From Anaerolineales bacterium (lineage in GTDB: Bacteria; Chloroflexota; Anaerolineae; Anaerolineales; UBA11858), in NCBI GenBank assembly GCA_018335275.1, contig JAGXKM010000004.1, positions 1 to 58,903 on the forward strand: DNA of 58,903 nt. The letters are read 5' to 3'. The translations under genes were made by a program, and so were the position numbers. Positions within the stretch are counted from its first letter, which is position 1. Each line of letters begins with the position of its first letter. Shown piece by piece: positions 1-9,805 of this stretch. The notes under the pieces are model-generated. The model was not told where the DNA came from, made no database searches, and worked only from the letters and a program-made list of their open reading frames with translations.

Positions 1-2
1 TG

Positions 3-425
3 CGGCCGGAGACCATGGGCAAAGGCGCCATGTTGGGATCCTTGTCGGACACTTTGGAAATGAGTCAGTTAACGGGCGTAGAGCCCTGCCTTGACTTCGC
101 ACACCTTCACGCGCGTCCGGGTGATGGAAGCATGAATTCGTATGATGAATGGATGAAGGTTCTTGAACGCTACCAGCGAGCACTGGGTCCGGATAGCTTG
201 AATCGGATTCACTGTCACGTTTCGGGTATTGAGTACACGGAGAGAGGGGAACAAAACCATCTTGTGTTTGAAGAGGCCGACCTTGATTTGGATGGTTTGC
301 TTCGCGCTCTGCAAGCTGCAGGAGCAAAAGGGCGATTGTTATGTGAAAGCCCTATTTTGGAAGAGGACGCGCTGGTGATGAGGGACCGCTGGCTGTCCAT
401 CAGTGGGGAAAGTTTGGGGGAATAA
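3..425 (+). CDS. Endonuclease IV / AP endonuclease family 2 TIM-barrel protein (5'-truncated by window edge)
   Basis: Frame open from position 3 (RPETMGK); Nfo-type metal motifs ETMGK, CLDFAHLHAR, HCHVSGIEY, GEQNH, CESP. Confidence 0.75.
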   Translation, partial: RPETMGKGAMLGSLSDTLEMSQLTGVEPCLDFAHLHARPGDGSMNSYDEWMKVLERYQRALGPDSLNRIHCHVSGIEYTERGEQNHLVFEEADLDLDGLLRALQAAGAKGRLLCESPILEEDALVMRDRWLSISGESLGE

Positions 426-462
426 TCATGCGCTGCGGTCAAGGTTTGGCTGGTAAGCAAAC

Positions 463-1074
463 ATGAAAGAGAGACCCTATTGTTCTTTGGCTGAGGTCCA
501 GAAGAAAATGGACCGCTGCCGTTTGTGTTTGGAGCAAGGCTTTGAGATCTTTCCCCCAGCTGTATATGCGGGCAACCCCAAGGCTGAGATGATGATCATT
601 GGCCAGGCTCCTGGGATCACAGAGCAGGAAGCGGGCCGGCCCTTTAACGCTGGAAGCGGGACCAGGTTGTTCCGCTGGTTGGAGGGAGCCGGGATAGAGG
701 AAACCTGGTTTCGAACAACGCAGTACATGACCTCGGTCACAAAATGTTACCCTGGCCGACAAACCACAGGAAGCGGGGACCGGGTGCCGTCAAAGGCTGA
801 GAGGGATTTGTGCCGTCCTTATCTCGACCATGAAATCCAATTCGTTGATCCCAAAGTCGTCCTTCCTGTGGGCAGGGTGGCTATCAACCTTTATTTTCCG
901 TCCCGACTTAACCTGACCGAAATCGTAGGCAGGGAGAAGGAAATCGAGGGGCGCTGGATTGTCCCCCTGCCCCATTCTTCGGGGGCCAGCCGCTGGCATC
1001 AACTTAAATCTAACCGTCGTCTGATTTCCCAGGCTGTGGCCCTTATCAAGGATCATAAAGACCGTCTTTTCTAA
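463..1074 (+). CDS. Uracil-DNA glycosylase family protein (family 4/5-like)
   Basis: CRLC, IGQAPG, GRPF, TKCYPG, C-terminal LPHSSG motif. Confidence 0.85.
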   Translation: MKERPYCSLAEVQKKMDRCRLCLEQGFEIFPPAVYAGNPKAEMMIIGQAPGITEQEAGRPFNAGSGTRLFRWLEGAGIEETWFRTTQYMTSVTKCYPGRQTTGSGDRVPSKAERDLCRPYLDHEIQFVDPKVVLPVGRVAINLYFPSRLNLTEIVGREKEIEGRWIVPLPHSSGASRWHQLKSNRRLISQAVALIKDHKDRLF

Positions 1075-1174
1075 TCAGGAACGAGCTTAAGCAAAAATCC
1101 AGATCCAGGATTTGGATTTCATGTTACGGAAGGAAAATGGGTGGGTAGAACGGAAAGGGATCTTTCCCTGGTGG

Positions 1175-1945
1175 TCAGTCCTGGACGGGTTCTTGGACGA
1201 AGTCAATGATGATCAGGTTCCTGTCACAGGAGTCATAGGTATCAAAATAGATTTTATCCGAGAGAGCCAAATCGTTTGTTTGTTCAAAAAGCTGGATGTA
1301 TAAGGAATCTTGGGAAGCGATCGGTGAGTCACCGAGTTTAACCTCATAGCCGCCCTCGCCGTATGCTTCCACGAAATCATTCACAAACCCGCTGAAGATG
1401 AACCGGTTGATCTCCTCTCCACCCAGGGTTCCTTTGACCGTTACCAGGATATCATTGATTGGAGCCCCTTCTTCATCAAAAATCTGTCCGCCGATTCCAA
1501 ACCATTCGCAGCCCTGATCCTCATGAGCAAAGTTTTCCGTGTACGTCGGCGAATCATCACTCAGTTGGAATGGCATGTCAGAGGATGCTTGAGCGGTAGG
1601 GGTGGAGGTGGGTTCGGGAGTGGCCGGTATAGGGGTATCCGTGAGATCAGGTGTGTTCGTGGATGGAGGTGCGGACGTGAAGGTCGGCGTCCATGTGGGC
1701 GGAAGCACCTCTTTGGGAGTGGGGGATGCTGTGCTTGTGGGGAGGATAGCGGGCATGGTCGTGGGTGGGACCGGGTTGAGGTTACTCTGGGGATTGAAGA
1801 AAATGATTGAGAAAACGAATCCCAAAGCAACCGTTGCTGTTAACAACAATCCAGTAAGAATATTCCATACCAGCGCTGATGACCTTTTCGGGGGAGGAGA
1901 TGTTTGTTCCTCTTCCTCCGGAATATCTTGAGGTTCTAGGGTCAT
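1175..1945 (-). CDS. Membrane-anchored exported protein with Pro/Thr-rich linker
   Basis: Single N-terminal TM helix, TPT-rich linker, C-terminal beta-type domain with a Cys pair; GGAG upstream of ATG. Confidence 0.8.
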   Translation of the reverse strand: MTLEPQDIPEEEEQTSPPPKRSSALVWNILTGLLLTATVALGFVFSIIFFNPQSNLNPVPPTTMPAILPTSTASPTPKEVLPPTWTPTFTSAPPSTNTPDLTDTPIPATPEPTSTPTAQASSDMPFQLSDDSPTYTENFAHEDQGCEWFGIGGQIFDEEGAPINDILVTVKGTLGGEEINRFIFSGFVNDFVEAYGEGGYEVKLGDSPIASQDSLYIQLFEQTNDLALSDKIYFDTYDSCDRNLIIIDFVQEPVQD

Positions 1946-1962
1946 AGGGTTGCTCCTGATCT

Positions 1963-2847
1963 CTATTTTTGAGGGATGCTAATAGTTATTTTACTAAGAT
2001 TCCATTGTCGTTCAAGCCAATCGTCCAAAGCTTTTTCTTGCAAAACACGCCGCACATCTGGGGCCAAAGGGCGATCTTCATCTTTCTCGATGACTTTGAT
2101 AATGTGAAAACCGATTTCCGTTTCTATCATATCACTGATTTCCCCTGGTTCGAGGTTGAACAAAATCTCGTCCAGGACAGGGATGGTCAGATATCCGCGA
2201 GGAAACCAGCCCAAATCACCCCGGGTTTGGGGGTCATATTGCTTTGCCAATTGTGCAAAATCTGTGCCGCTCTCGATCTCTTCTAACACGCCTTCCCCCT
2301 GGCTTTTTTCGTATAGTAATATTTGTTGGGCGTGGATTTGTTCCATTTCATCTGGGACCTGTTCGATGATCGTATCTCTCATCCAGGCAGCGGCGATGGC
2401 CCTTTTCAGGCTCTTTTCAAAGCTTTCCTCCGTGTAACCGTATTCTGCAAGCCATTCCGCAAGCGGTTGGTCTTGGGGATCCAGATTTGAAATTCGGGTT
2501 TGTAATTCTTCCCGGCTGACTTCGTATCCCCGGGATTGTGCGCCTTGTTCAAGCAGCATGAGGTGAATTAAATCGTGGACCACCTGCAATCTGTCTTCCG
2601 AGGTCAGATCCCGGCCCACAGCTGCTTTGTATCTTGCCAGCTCAGATTGGTACTCTGACATGCTGATCAACTCGCCGTTGACTTCAGCAGCGATGGGAAT
2701 GGGGGTGGGGGAGGGGGGGAAAGGCGTCCTGGTAGGAGGTACGGGTGTGGGCGTGCCTTCGGGGGTGACTGGTTGATTCCCGGTTCCACAAGAAGAAACT
2801 ATGAAAACGACGATTAAAGTCAGCCCTAAATAGGTCAATTTTCTCAT
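1963..2847 (-). CDS. PrsA/SurA-like parvulin peptidyl-prolyl isomerase lipoprotein
   Basis: Lipobox-like VSSC, AAEVNGELI SurA-N segment, parvulin motifs FAQLAKQY, GDLGWF, GFHIIKV; start placed at MRKLTY (2847). Confidence 0.85.
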   Translation of the reverse strand: MRKLTYLGLTLIVVFIVSSCGTGNQPVTPEGTPTPVPPTRTPFPPSPTPIPIAAEVNGELISMSEYQSELARYKAAVGRDLTSEDRLQVVHDLIHLMLLEQGAQSRGYEVSREELQTRISNLDPQDQPLAEWLAEYGYTEESFEKSLKRAIAAAWMRDTIIEQVPDEMEQIHAQQILLYEKSQGEGVLEEIESGTDFAQLAKQYDPQTRGDLGWFPRGYLTIPVLDEILFNLEPGEISDMIETEIGFHIIKVIEKDEDRPLAPDVRRVLQEKALDDWLERQWNLSKITISIPQK

Positions 2848-3053
2848 ATGTGTTGCGTTTCCATTCGTCATAAACAGTAAACTATTCACTAAGGACCTTA
2901 CCCATTATAACCGAAATGGGTTTCGTGATCTGGATGGATGATGGAGATGCCTGCTTTTAGAAACCACTTTTTTTCATTCTCCCATTTATTCTTCATCAGT
3001 AGCCTGTGAACCGTTTTTCAGATCTGGAAAGGCATCCAGCTGCCCAAGCTACC

Positions 3054-3081
3054 TTGACAATCAGGCTTTTTTGTCCATAAT
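3054..3081 (+). promoter_or_regulatory. Sigma70-type promoter for the T-box-pheST transcript
   Basis: TTGACA-N16-CATAAT just upstream of the T-box leader. Confidence 0.6.
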
Positions 3082-3099
3082 AGGAGTAGTTGAAAACAC

Positions 3100-3380
3100 G
3101 AAAGCGTGGACGGAGAAAAGTAAGCTGGTCGTTTGCCGACAGGAAAATTGGAGCATAGACTGAGACTCCAATTCAGGTTTGAGACCCAGCCCAAGTTCCC
3201 TCCTGAGTGCTCAGCAGAAAATCGGTCCTTAATGAGTAAGTTGAGCCGCGCGCCCGGCGTTATCAGGGAATTGAACGATTGTTTTTCCAAGCACTCGTTC
3301 GCATCAAGTGAGCCAAACGATTGGCTAATCTGGGTGGTACCGCGGGAATCTCCCGTCCCTGCAAGGGACGGTTTTTTATT
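3100..3380 (+). ncRNA. T-box riboswitch (Phe specifier) with intrinsic terminator
   Basis: Stem I with GGAG...AGTA, apical GACTGAGA, specifier TTC at 3196-3198; T-box AATCTGGGTGGTACCGCG at 3327-3344; terminator CCGTCCCT-GCA-AGGGACGG-TTTTTT; directly upstream of pheS. Confidence 0.93.
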
Positions 3381-3468
3381 TTGGGGACAGATGCACGGTC
3401 CGGGGTTAGGTAAGGCCCTAAAGGGCAGATATTGAGATGATATCCTTAAATAAGCATAGGGAGGTAGG

Positions 3469-4530
3469 ATGAGGGAAGAATTGCAAAAGATTAAAGAAAA
3501 GGCACTCCAGGCGTTGGAGGAAGTTGAGGATGAGGAGGCTCTGGAAGCCTGGCAGGTGAGTCATATGGGACGCAATTCTCCTTTGATGAACGTCTTTAAG
3601 ACCCTGGGTGATTTGCCTGAGGAAGAGCGACCTTTGGTCGGCCGTCAGGCAAATGAAGTGAAGGGTGCGTTACAAAAGGCGCTGGAGAAAAAGGAAAAGG
3701 TTTTACACCAAACGCAGATCCGCCTTTCCCTTCAGGAGGAGCGCATCGATGTCACGCTGCCGGGCCGGCCGAAAATCAGCGGAAATCTTCATCCTACCAC
3801 ACGCACACTGCGGGAAATATATCGCATTTTTGGGGACATGGGTTTTCAGATCTACCGGTCCCGTGAGGTGGAAACGGATGAAATGAACTTCCAAATGCTG
3901 AATTTCCCTCCTCATCACCCGGCGCGGGAAATGCAGGACACATTTTTTGTAGACGGTGAGCGGGATCGGGGAGAAAATCCCCTTCTCCTGCGCACCCACA
4001 CATCACCTGGACAAATTCACGCCATGTGGGAGTATTCCAGCACAAATCCTGCAGATCCACCCCCGCTGCGGATCATCGTCCCCGGGATGTGTTACCGTTA
4101 CGAGCAGATATCCGCCCGTTCTGAGATTCAATTCAACCAGGTGGAAGGTTTGGCGGTGGGGAAGGAGATCACATTTGGCGATTTGAAAGGTACCCTGAGC
4201 GATTTCGCACGGAGATTGTTTGGTCAGGGGGTCGGAACCCGATTCCGGGCGGATCATTTCCCCTTCACAGAACCCAGCGCGGAAATGGATATCGAGTGTT
4301 TCCTCTGTGAGGGCGAAGGCTGCACCGTGTGTAAGGGTACGGGCTGGTTGGAGATCCTGGGCTGCGGTATGGTGCACCCCACGGTGCTTGAAAATGGTGG
4401 ATATGATCCGGAACGATACACCGGTTTCGCTTTCGGCATGGGACCGGAACGGATCACCATGCTCCGCCACCGCATTGAGGACATCCGCTACTTCTGGGCG
4501 AATGACCTTCGCTTTTTAGAGCAATTTTAA
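3469..4530 (+). CDS. pheS: Phenylalanine--tRNA ligase alpha subunit
   Basis: HHPAREMQDTF, LLRTHTSPGQ, FPFTEPS, GFAFGMGPER. Confidence 0.98.
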   Translation: MREELQKIKEKALQALEEVEDEEALEAWQVSHMGRNSPLMNVFKTLGDLPEEERPLVGRQANEVKGALQKALEKKEKVLHQTQIRLSLQEERIDVTLPGRPKISGNLHPTTRTLREIYRIFGDMGFQIYRSREVETDEMNFQMLNFPPHHPAREMQDTFFVDGERDRGENPLLLRTHTSPGQIHAMWEYSSTNPADPPPLRIIVPGMCYRYEQISARSEIQFNQVEGLAVGKEITFGDLKGTLSDFARRLFGQGVGTRFRADHFPFTEPSAEMDIECFLCEGEGCTVCKGTGWLEILGCGMVHPTVLENGGYDPERYTGFAFGMGPERITMLRHRIEDIRYFWANDLRFLEQF

Positions 4531-4613
4531 TGCCTTCTCTGTGGATTGTTCCCATCACGAAGATTAGATATTGAGTGCGTTTCAATGACCCTAGAGGAAA
4601 GTAGGAATTCATC

Positions 4614-7175
4614 ATGAAAGTTCCCATAACTTGGCTGCGTGAATATGTGAATGTGGATATATCGATTCCAGAATTGGCACACCGTCTGACCTTGGCCGGC
4701 CTGGAAGTGGAGGAAATCCATTATGTGGGTCTGCCGGTCCCGGAAGATGAGCAGAATGGCCAGGGAGAACATCGCCCGGAAACGAAGATCACCGGATTTT
4801 CTTGGGACCCGGAGAAAATCGTGGTGGGGGCGGTCAGAGAAGTCATGCCCCATCCCAACGCAGACCGGCTGGTCCTGTGTCGTTTGGACGATGGGGAGGA
4901 GGAGCACACTGTCCTGACCGGGGCGCCAAATCTTTTCCCTTATCTGGAGGACGATGAGCTCGATCCTCCATTGAAGGTGGCTTATGCCCGGGAAGGGGCG
5001 ACCATCATCGATGCCTACAGCGAAAGCAAAGAAACGGAATTCACGAGTATTCGTCGAAAGAAGATCCGGGGCGTAGAATCCTACTCCATGGCTTGTTCAG
5101 AAAAGGAACTGGGCATTTCTGATGAACATGAAGGTGTGATTATCCTGGATGGAGATGCTCCAATAGGGATGCCGTTATCAGATTACATGGGGGATGCGGT
5201 CCTGGATATCGCTATCACCCCAAATATTGCCCGGGCAGCCAGTGTGCTGGGTGTGGCCCGAGAGGTGGCAGCCGTTACTGACGCTGACTTGAAATACCCT
5301 TCTCTGGACGTTAAGGCGGAAGGACCCTCCATCGAGGGGCAAGTGCAGATTGAAATCACCGACCCTGAACTAAACCCCCGCTTTGTGCTGGGACTAATCA
5401 GGGATGTGGAAAGGGTACCCAGCCCTTACTGGGTGCAGCGCCGTCTCCGGTTGGCTGGCATACGACCCATTGACAGCGTGGTGGATGCTACAAACTACAC
5501 GATGCTGGAGATTGGGGAACCCCTGCATGCTTTTGATTTTGATGTGCTTCAGGAGCGGGCAGAGGGAGAGACCCCCACTATCATCACCCGCACCGCTGAA
5601 CCGGGCGAAACACTGACCACGCTGGATGACGTGAAACGGGAATTGGATGAATTTACCGAGTTGGTAACCGATACCGCAGGTCCCCTTTCTATCGCTGGCG
5701 TGATGGGAGGAGCAGAGTCGGAAGTGGGAGAAGGGACGGAAGATATCCTTTTGGAAGGCGCTGCCTGGAACTTCATCAACATCCACAAGACAGCCAACGC
5801 TCAAAATCTGTCCTCGGAAGCTTCCTACCGTTTCGAACGGGGTGTCCATCCGGAGCTGGCTCCTCAAGGCGTTCTGCGTTGTCTGGAATGGATGCAGAAG
5901 TGGACCGGAGGCACGGTTGCTGAAGGGTTGATGGATGAGTACCCTCTTCCCCCGGATGATCCCATCGTGTTTTTGTCAGCTGCAGAGGTGAAGCGCTGGT
6001 TAGGGATGGAACTCAGCCTGCAGGAAATAAAAGAACTTTTGGAACGATTGGAATTTGAGGTTCAGATCGATGAGGAACAGATCCGGGCCAAAACTCCGCC
6101 CCACCGCCTGGATATCGGGGAAGGGGTCGTGGGCAAAGCGGACCTTTTGGAAGAAATCGCCCGGGTCTATGGGTATGACAAGATCCCGGAAACCCATCTG
6201 GCCGATGAACTTCCCCCCCAACGGGGAAATCCTATGCTTGAAGTCGAAGAGAGGGTCCGGGATATTCTCTTGGGGCTGGGGCTTCGGGAGGTGGTTACCT
6301 ACCGGATTACCTCTCCGGAAGCGGAAGCGCGCTGTTATCCACCTGGTGCTAAGCCGGAGGAAGACACCTACGTTTCGCTGCAAAACCCCATTACCAAAGA
6401 TCGAACGGTGATGCGCAAAAGGCTGCTGGCAAGTGTCCTGGAAATCGTGGAGAATAATTACCGCGTTCGCCAGCGCATCCCGCTCTTTGAAATCGGCCCC
6501 GAGTTTCATCCCCGCCCAAAAGATGATTCCCTGCCCGAGGAAAACGCCTGGTTGGTGATCGCCATAACCGGTCCCCGGACGCCGCAAGCCTGGCAGGGGT
6601 CTGATACTGAGGCAGTGGATTTTTTTGATCTGAAGGGAATCATTGAGGAGCTGTTCCAGCGTTTGCACATTGGGGAGTTGGGATTCGAAAAAAGTCAGCG
6701 GGAGGCTTATCACCCCGGGAAATGTGCCCGTGTTTTAGTGGGAAAACGGGAAGTGGGCGTGTTTGGTGAAATTCATCCCCTGGTGAGCGACCAATATGAG
6801 TTTCCGGAAACGCCTGTGATCGCGGCCGAGTTCGCTCTGGAGCCGCTCGTGGATCATGTTTCCAAGCGTTACAACGTGGAGCCCATTCCTGAGCAGCCGC
6901 CTGTTTTGGAGGATCTCGCCATTGTCGTGGGAGAAGAAGTGCCTGCGGTTGAGGTGGCGGATCTCATACGTCAAACGGCCGGGGAGATTCTCACAGAAAT
7001 CCGTTTATTTGATGTCTATCGCGGCGCTCAAATTGGGGAAAACGAGAAGAGTTTAGCCTACAATTTGGTCTATCAGCATCCAGAACGCACGTTGACCGAT
7101 GAGGAAGTCAGGAAAATACGGGAAAGCATCCTTTATCGGCTTGATAAGGAACTGGACGCCCATTTGCGAGAATAA
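4614..7175 (+). CDS. pheT: Phenylalanine--tRNA ligase beta subunit
   Basis: HPNADRL, B3/4 motifs (VVDATNY, PLHAFD, SYRFERG), DLLEEIARVYGY, C-terminal FDX-ACB (FDVYRG, KSLAY, RTLTDEEV). Confidence 0.97.
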   Translation: MKVPITWLREYVNVDISIPELAHRLTLAGLEVEEIHYVGLPVPEDEQNGQGEHRPETKITGFSWDPEKIVVGAVREVMPHPNADRLVLCRLDDGEEEHTVLTGAPNLFPYLEDDELDPPLKVAYAREGATIIDAYSESKETEFTSIRRKKIRGVESYSMACSEKELGISDEHEGVIILDGDAPIGMPLSDYMGDAVLDIAITPNIARAASVLGVAREVAAVTDADLKYPSLDVKAEGPSIEGQVQIEITDPELNPRFVLGLIRDVERVPSPYWVQRRLRLAGIRPIDSVVDATNYTMLEIGEPLHAFDFDVLQERAEGETPTIITRTAEPGETLTTLDDVKRELDEFTELVTDTAGPLSIAGVMGGAESEVGEGTEDILLEGAAWNFINIHKTANAQNLSSEASYRFERGVHPELAPQGVLRCLEWMQKWTGGTVAEGLMDEYPLPPDDPIVFLSAAEVKRWLGMELSLQEIKELLERLEFEVQIDEEQIRAKTPPHRLDIGEGVVGKADLLEEIARVYGYDKIPETHLADELPPQRGNPMLEVEERVRDILLGLGLREVVTYRITSPEAEARCYPPGAKPEEDTYVSLQNPITKDRTVMRKRLLASVLEIVENNYRVRQRIPLFEIGPEFHPRPKDDSLPEENAWLVIAITGPRTPQAWQGSDTEAVDFFDLKGIIEELFQRLHIGELGFEKSQREAYHPGKCARVLVGKREVGVFGEIHPLVSDQYEFPETPVIAAEFALEPLVDHVSKRYNVEPIPEQPPVLEDLAIVVGEEVPAVEVADLIRQTAGEILTEIRLFDVYRGAQIGENEKSLAYNLVYQHPERTLTDEEVRKIRESILYRLDKELDAHLRE

Positions 7176-7197
7176 ACTGGCCGCAGGATGGACCCGC

Positions 7198-7232
7198 AAG
7201 TGGCACTCATCTCCGGGTGGGTGTCACTTTTT
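7198..7232 (+). terminator. Intrinsic terminator after pheT
   Basis: AAGTGGCACTCATC-TCCG-GGTGGGTGTCACTT followed by T run. Confidence 0.7.
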
Positions 7233-7258
7233 GATTTGGGGGGAAGAGGGGGGTGAAA

Positions 7259-8152
7259 TCACTTCGCTCTGAAGTCGTAAATGCCATCCTGAATGGGCCA
7301 GACCTGACCGCAGCTGGTACATTTCAGTTGGTCTTCTGTTTCTTTGAGGTCAGATTGGCCGCATTTTGGGCATTGAAAGAAGGCATCCAACTTCTCTCCA
7401 GGGGTGCGGGTGCCGACAGCTGTGTTGCGCACAAAGACACTTGGGGTCAGCTGCCACCAACGTCCCGTGTGCTGGGCGATGGAATCCAGAAATACGAGCA
7501 GTGATGTGGGGAGAGTCCGTTTCAACAGGTTCAGTCGAAAGTGTGAGACAGTCAACTGCCGTTCAACCCGGAAATCCAGCTCTCGAAGCCATTTCCGGAC
7601 GGTCCGGGGATGAAAGTCAAAATGAAGTTCTGCGAACTCAATGGGCTGTGGGGAAAAGGGATTCCAATCTTGCCGCCCGAGGAGATAACGCCCAATGGAT
7701 TTGAGGTTTCTTTTATTGGCGTATTCCAGGATGAAGACGCCTTTTTCCTGCAAAATGCGCCGGATTTGCCCTAAAGCTGCGGGTGCGTCTGACATGTGGT
7801 GTAAGGTGCGGATCATGGTTGCACAATCGAAGGAGCCGGTAACGAACGGCAGCCGATATACATCACCCGCTACATAGACGTAATCCTTTGACTTCCCCAG
7901 CCGTTCCTGGGCTTTTTGGAGTTGTGTAAAGGAATAATCGAGGAGGACGATCTGGTTAAAATTTTTATAGCGGGGTGTATTTCGCCCGGCTCCAGCGCCG
8001 ACTTCTAAAAGCCTCTCCCCCCCGGGCGGCAGGAGGCGATCCAGGGCGATCTGTTCTACCCGGTCCTCATATTCGCGTTCCCCTTGATCCCAGAAGGTAG
8101 TTTGATAGTCGGACCCTTCGTAATCACATATGGGGGGTCTTTCATCTGTCAT
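7259..8152 (-). CDS. Class I SAM-dependent methyltransferase with C-terminal Zn-ribbon (Trm112-like) domain
   Basis: LLEVGAGAG, GDVYRLPF, RTLHH; C-terminal CPKC...CTSC...DGIYDF. Confidence 0.85.
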   Translation of the reverse strand: MTDERPPICDYEGSDYQTTFWDQGEREYEDRVEQIALDRLLPPGGERLLEVGAGAGRNTPRYKNFNQIVLLDYSFTQLQKAQERLGKSKDYVYVAGDVYRLPFVTGSFDCATMIRTLHHMSDAPAALGQIRRILQEKGVFILEYANKRNLKSIGRYLLGRQDWNPFSPQPIEFAELHFDFHPRTVRKWLRELDFRVERQLTVSHFRLNLLKRTLPTSLLVFLDSIAQHTGRWWQLTPSVFVRNTAVGTRTPGEKLDAFFQCPKCGQSDLKETEDQLKCTSCGQVWPIQDGIYDFRAK

Positions 8153-8226
8153 GGGGTCACCTCAAAAAGGAAGGACGGCTGGAGAGCCGCCGTCCTCATT
8201 TACCTGTGATCTTTTCTAGGGACGCT

Positions 8227-9561
8227 TCAGGCGGATTCTTCATTGATCTTTCTGCCATTATATCCGCGGCCTACCCCTCGGTATTTGAAGCCTAACTCAT
8301 TCATTTGATTGGGGTCGTAGATGTTTCGTCCATCAAAGACCAGCGGTTGTCTCATAGCTTCTCGGATCCGCTCTAAATCCAGCTGCTGGAATTCATTCCA
8401 TTCCGTATTGACCATCAAAGCATCACAGCCTTCCGACATCTTATAAGGATTTTCCACCATCTTCACGCTGGGGAGGATGCCGGCAGCTTCTTCCATGGCA
8501 ATCGGATCATAGGCGAGAACTTGTGCGCCTTCTTTGAGCAGCAGATTGGCGATGGTGATGGCGGGAGCATCCCGCATATCATCTGTGTTCGGTTTAAAGG
8601 AAAGTCCGAGCAGACCGATCTTTTTTCCCGTCAGTGTGTTGTCATCGAACATAGATTTTAATTTTTCTACGGCCATCCTGCGGCGGTCTGTGTTGATGTC
8701 CATCACAGAATGCAGCAGTTGAGGATGGCGGCCCTTCTCTTCCGCCATGTATGCCAGGGCTTTAACGTCTTTTGGGAAACAAGACCCCCCATAACCGATC
8801 CCTGCCCGCAAAAAGTAGGGACCTATCCGGCTGTCAAAACCCATCCCGTTGGCAACTTCTGTGACATCTGCGCCCAGATCCTCACAAATATTGGCGATCT
8901 CATTGATGAATGAGATTTTGGTCGCCAGGAAAGCGTTGGATGCATATTTGATCATTTCCGCTGTGCGCAGGTCGGTGACCACAATAGGAGCCCGTAAAGG
9001 CAGGTGCAGTTGGGCTACTTTATCCGCGGCGTCCTCGTCGAGTGAACCTACCACGATGCGGTGCGGGTTCATGAAATCTTGAATGGCAGATCCTTCCCTT
9101 AAGAATTCAGGGCAGGAAACCACCGAGAAGCCCGGTGCTTCGGGATTATGTTCATTGATGATGTCCGTGACCCAATCCCCCGTACCCACTGGTACGGTCG
9201 ATTTGTTGATGATGATGGAATCTTTCTTCATGACTTCGGAGATGGAGCGCGCTGCGGAGGCCACATACTGCAGATCTGCTTCTCCATCTACCCCCGACGG
9301 TGTGCCGACGGCGATGAAAATGAAGTAGGCTTTTTTTAAACCCTCCTCATATGAGGTCGTGAATCTCAGCCGCCCCGCTTCCATGTTGCGGTCGATGACT
9401 TCTTTCAAGCCTGGTTCGTAAATGGGCATTTTCCCGTTTTTGAGATCTTCTATTTTTTTCTCATTGACGTCTAAGGCGACGACGGAATTCCCCAGATCTG
9501 CGAAGCAGGCAGCGGTCACGATGCCCACATATCCTACGCCAACAACACATATATTTTTCAT
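8227..9561 (-). CDS. ugd: UDP-glucose 6-dehydrogenase
   Basis: [42 protein letters not shown]; start placed at MKNICVVG. Confidence 0.95.
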   Translation of the reverse strand: MKNICVVGVGYVGIVTAACFADLGNSVVALDVNEKKIEDLKNGKMPIYEPGLKEVIDRNMEAGRLRFTTSYEEGLKKAYFIFIAVGTPSGVDGEADLQYVASAARSISEVMKKDSIIINKSTVPVGTGDWVTDIINEHNPEAPGFSVVSCPEFLREGSAIQDFMNPHRIVVGSLDEDAADKVAQLHLPLRAPIVVTDLRTAEMIKYASNAFLATKISFINEIANICEDLGADVTEVANGMGFDSRIGPYFLRAGIGYGGSCFPKDVKALAYMAEEKGRHPQLLHSVMDINTDRRRMAVEKLKSMFDDNTLTGKKIGLLGLSFKPNTDDMRDAPAITIANLLLKEGAQVLAYDPIAMEEAAGILPSVKMVENPYKMSEGCDALMVNTEWNEFQQLDLERIREAMRQPLVFDGRNIYDPNQMNELGFKYRGVGRGYNGRKINEESA

Positions 9562-9805
9562 GAAAGATGTCCTTATCTCAGGTCTTTTCCCTGGTACAGC
9601 CAAAATCTTACCATATGAATCGACTTTATGAAGGGGGGAAATGTACTATTAACTATATTGATAGGCAGGTAAAGGGGTAAATATGCCTTTACTTTCCTCC
9701 TTTCCGTTTTGGGTCTTTGCTGCCCATCAGGCCCGGATTATACCCATCTGGTTTATAATATGGTTGTTGTTTTCTGATTTCGTTTTCCCGGCAGAGGAGG
9801 TCATT

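Noticed and set aside
1560-1780. Repetitive GGT/GGG-rich DNA here and near 2700, 19260-19420 and 39290-39350
   Set aside because: These encode Pro/Thr-rich protein linkers, not DNA repeat elements
3133-3435. 100-aa ORF upstream of pheS
   Set aside because: Coincides with the T-box RNA; TTG start and no protein-like features
9683-9805. Hydrophobic N-terminal extension of HutU in the ORF track
   Set aside because: A strong GAGGAGG RBS precedes ATG 9806; the extension covers the promoter region (TATAAT near 9755)
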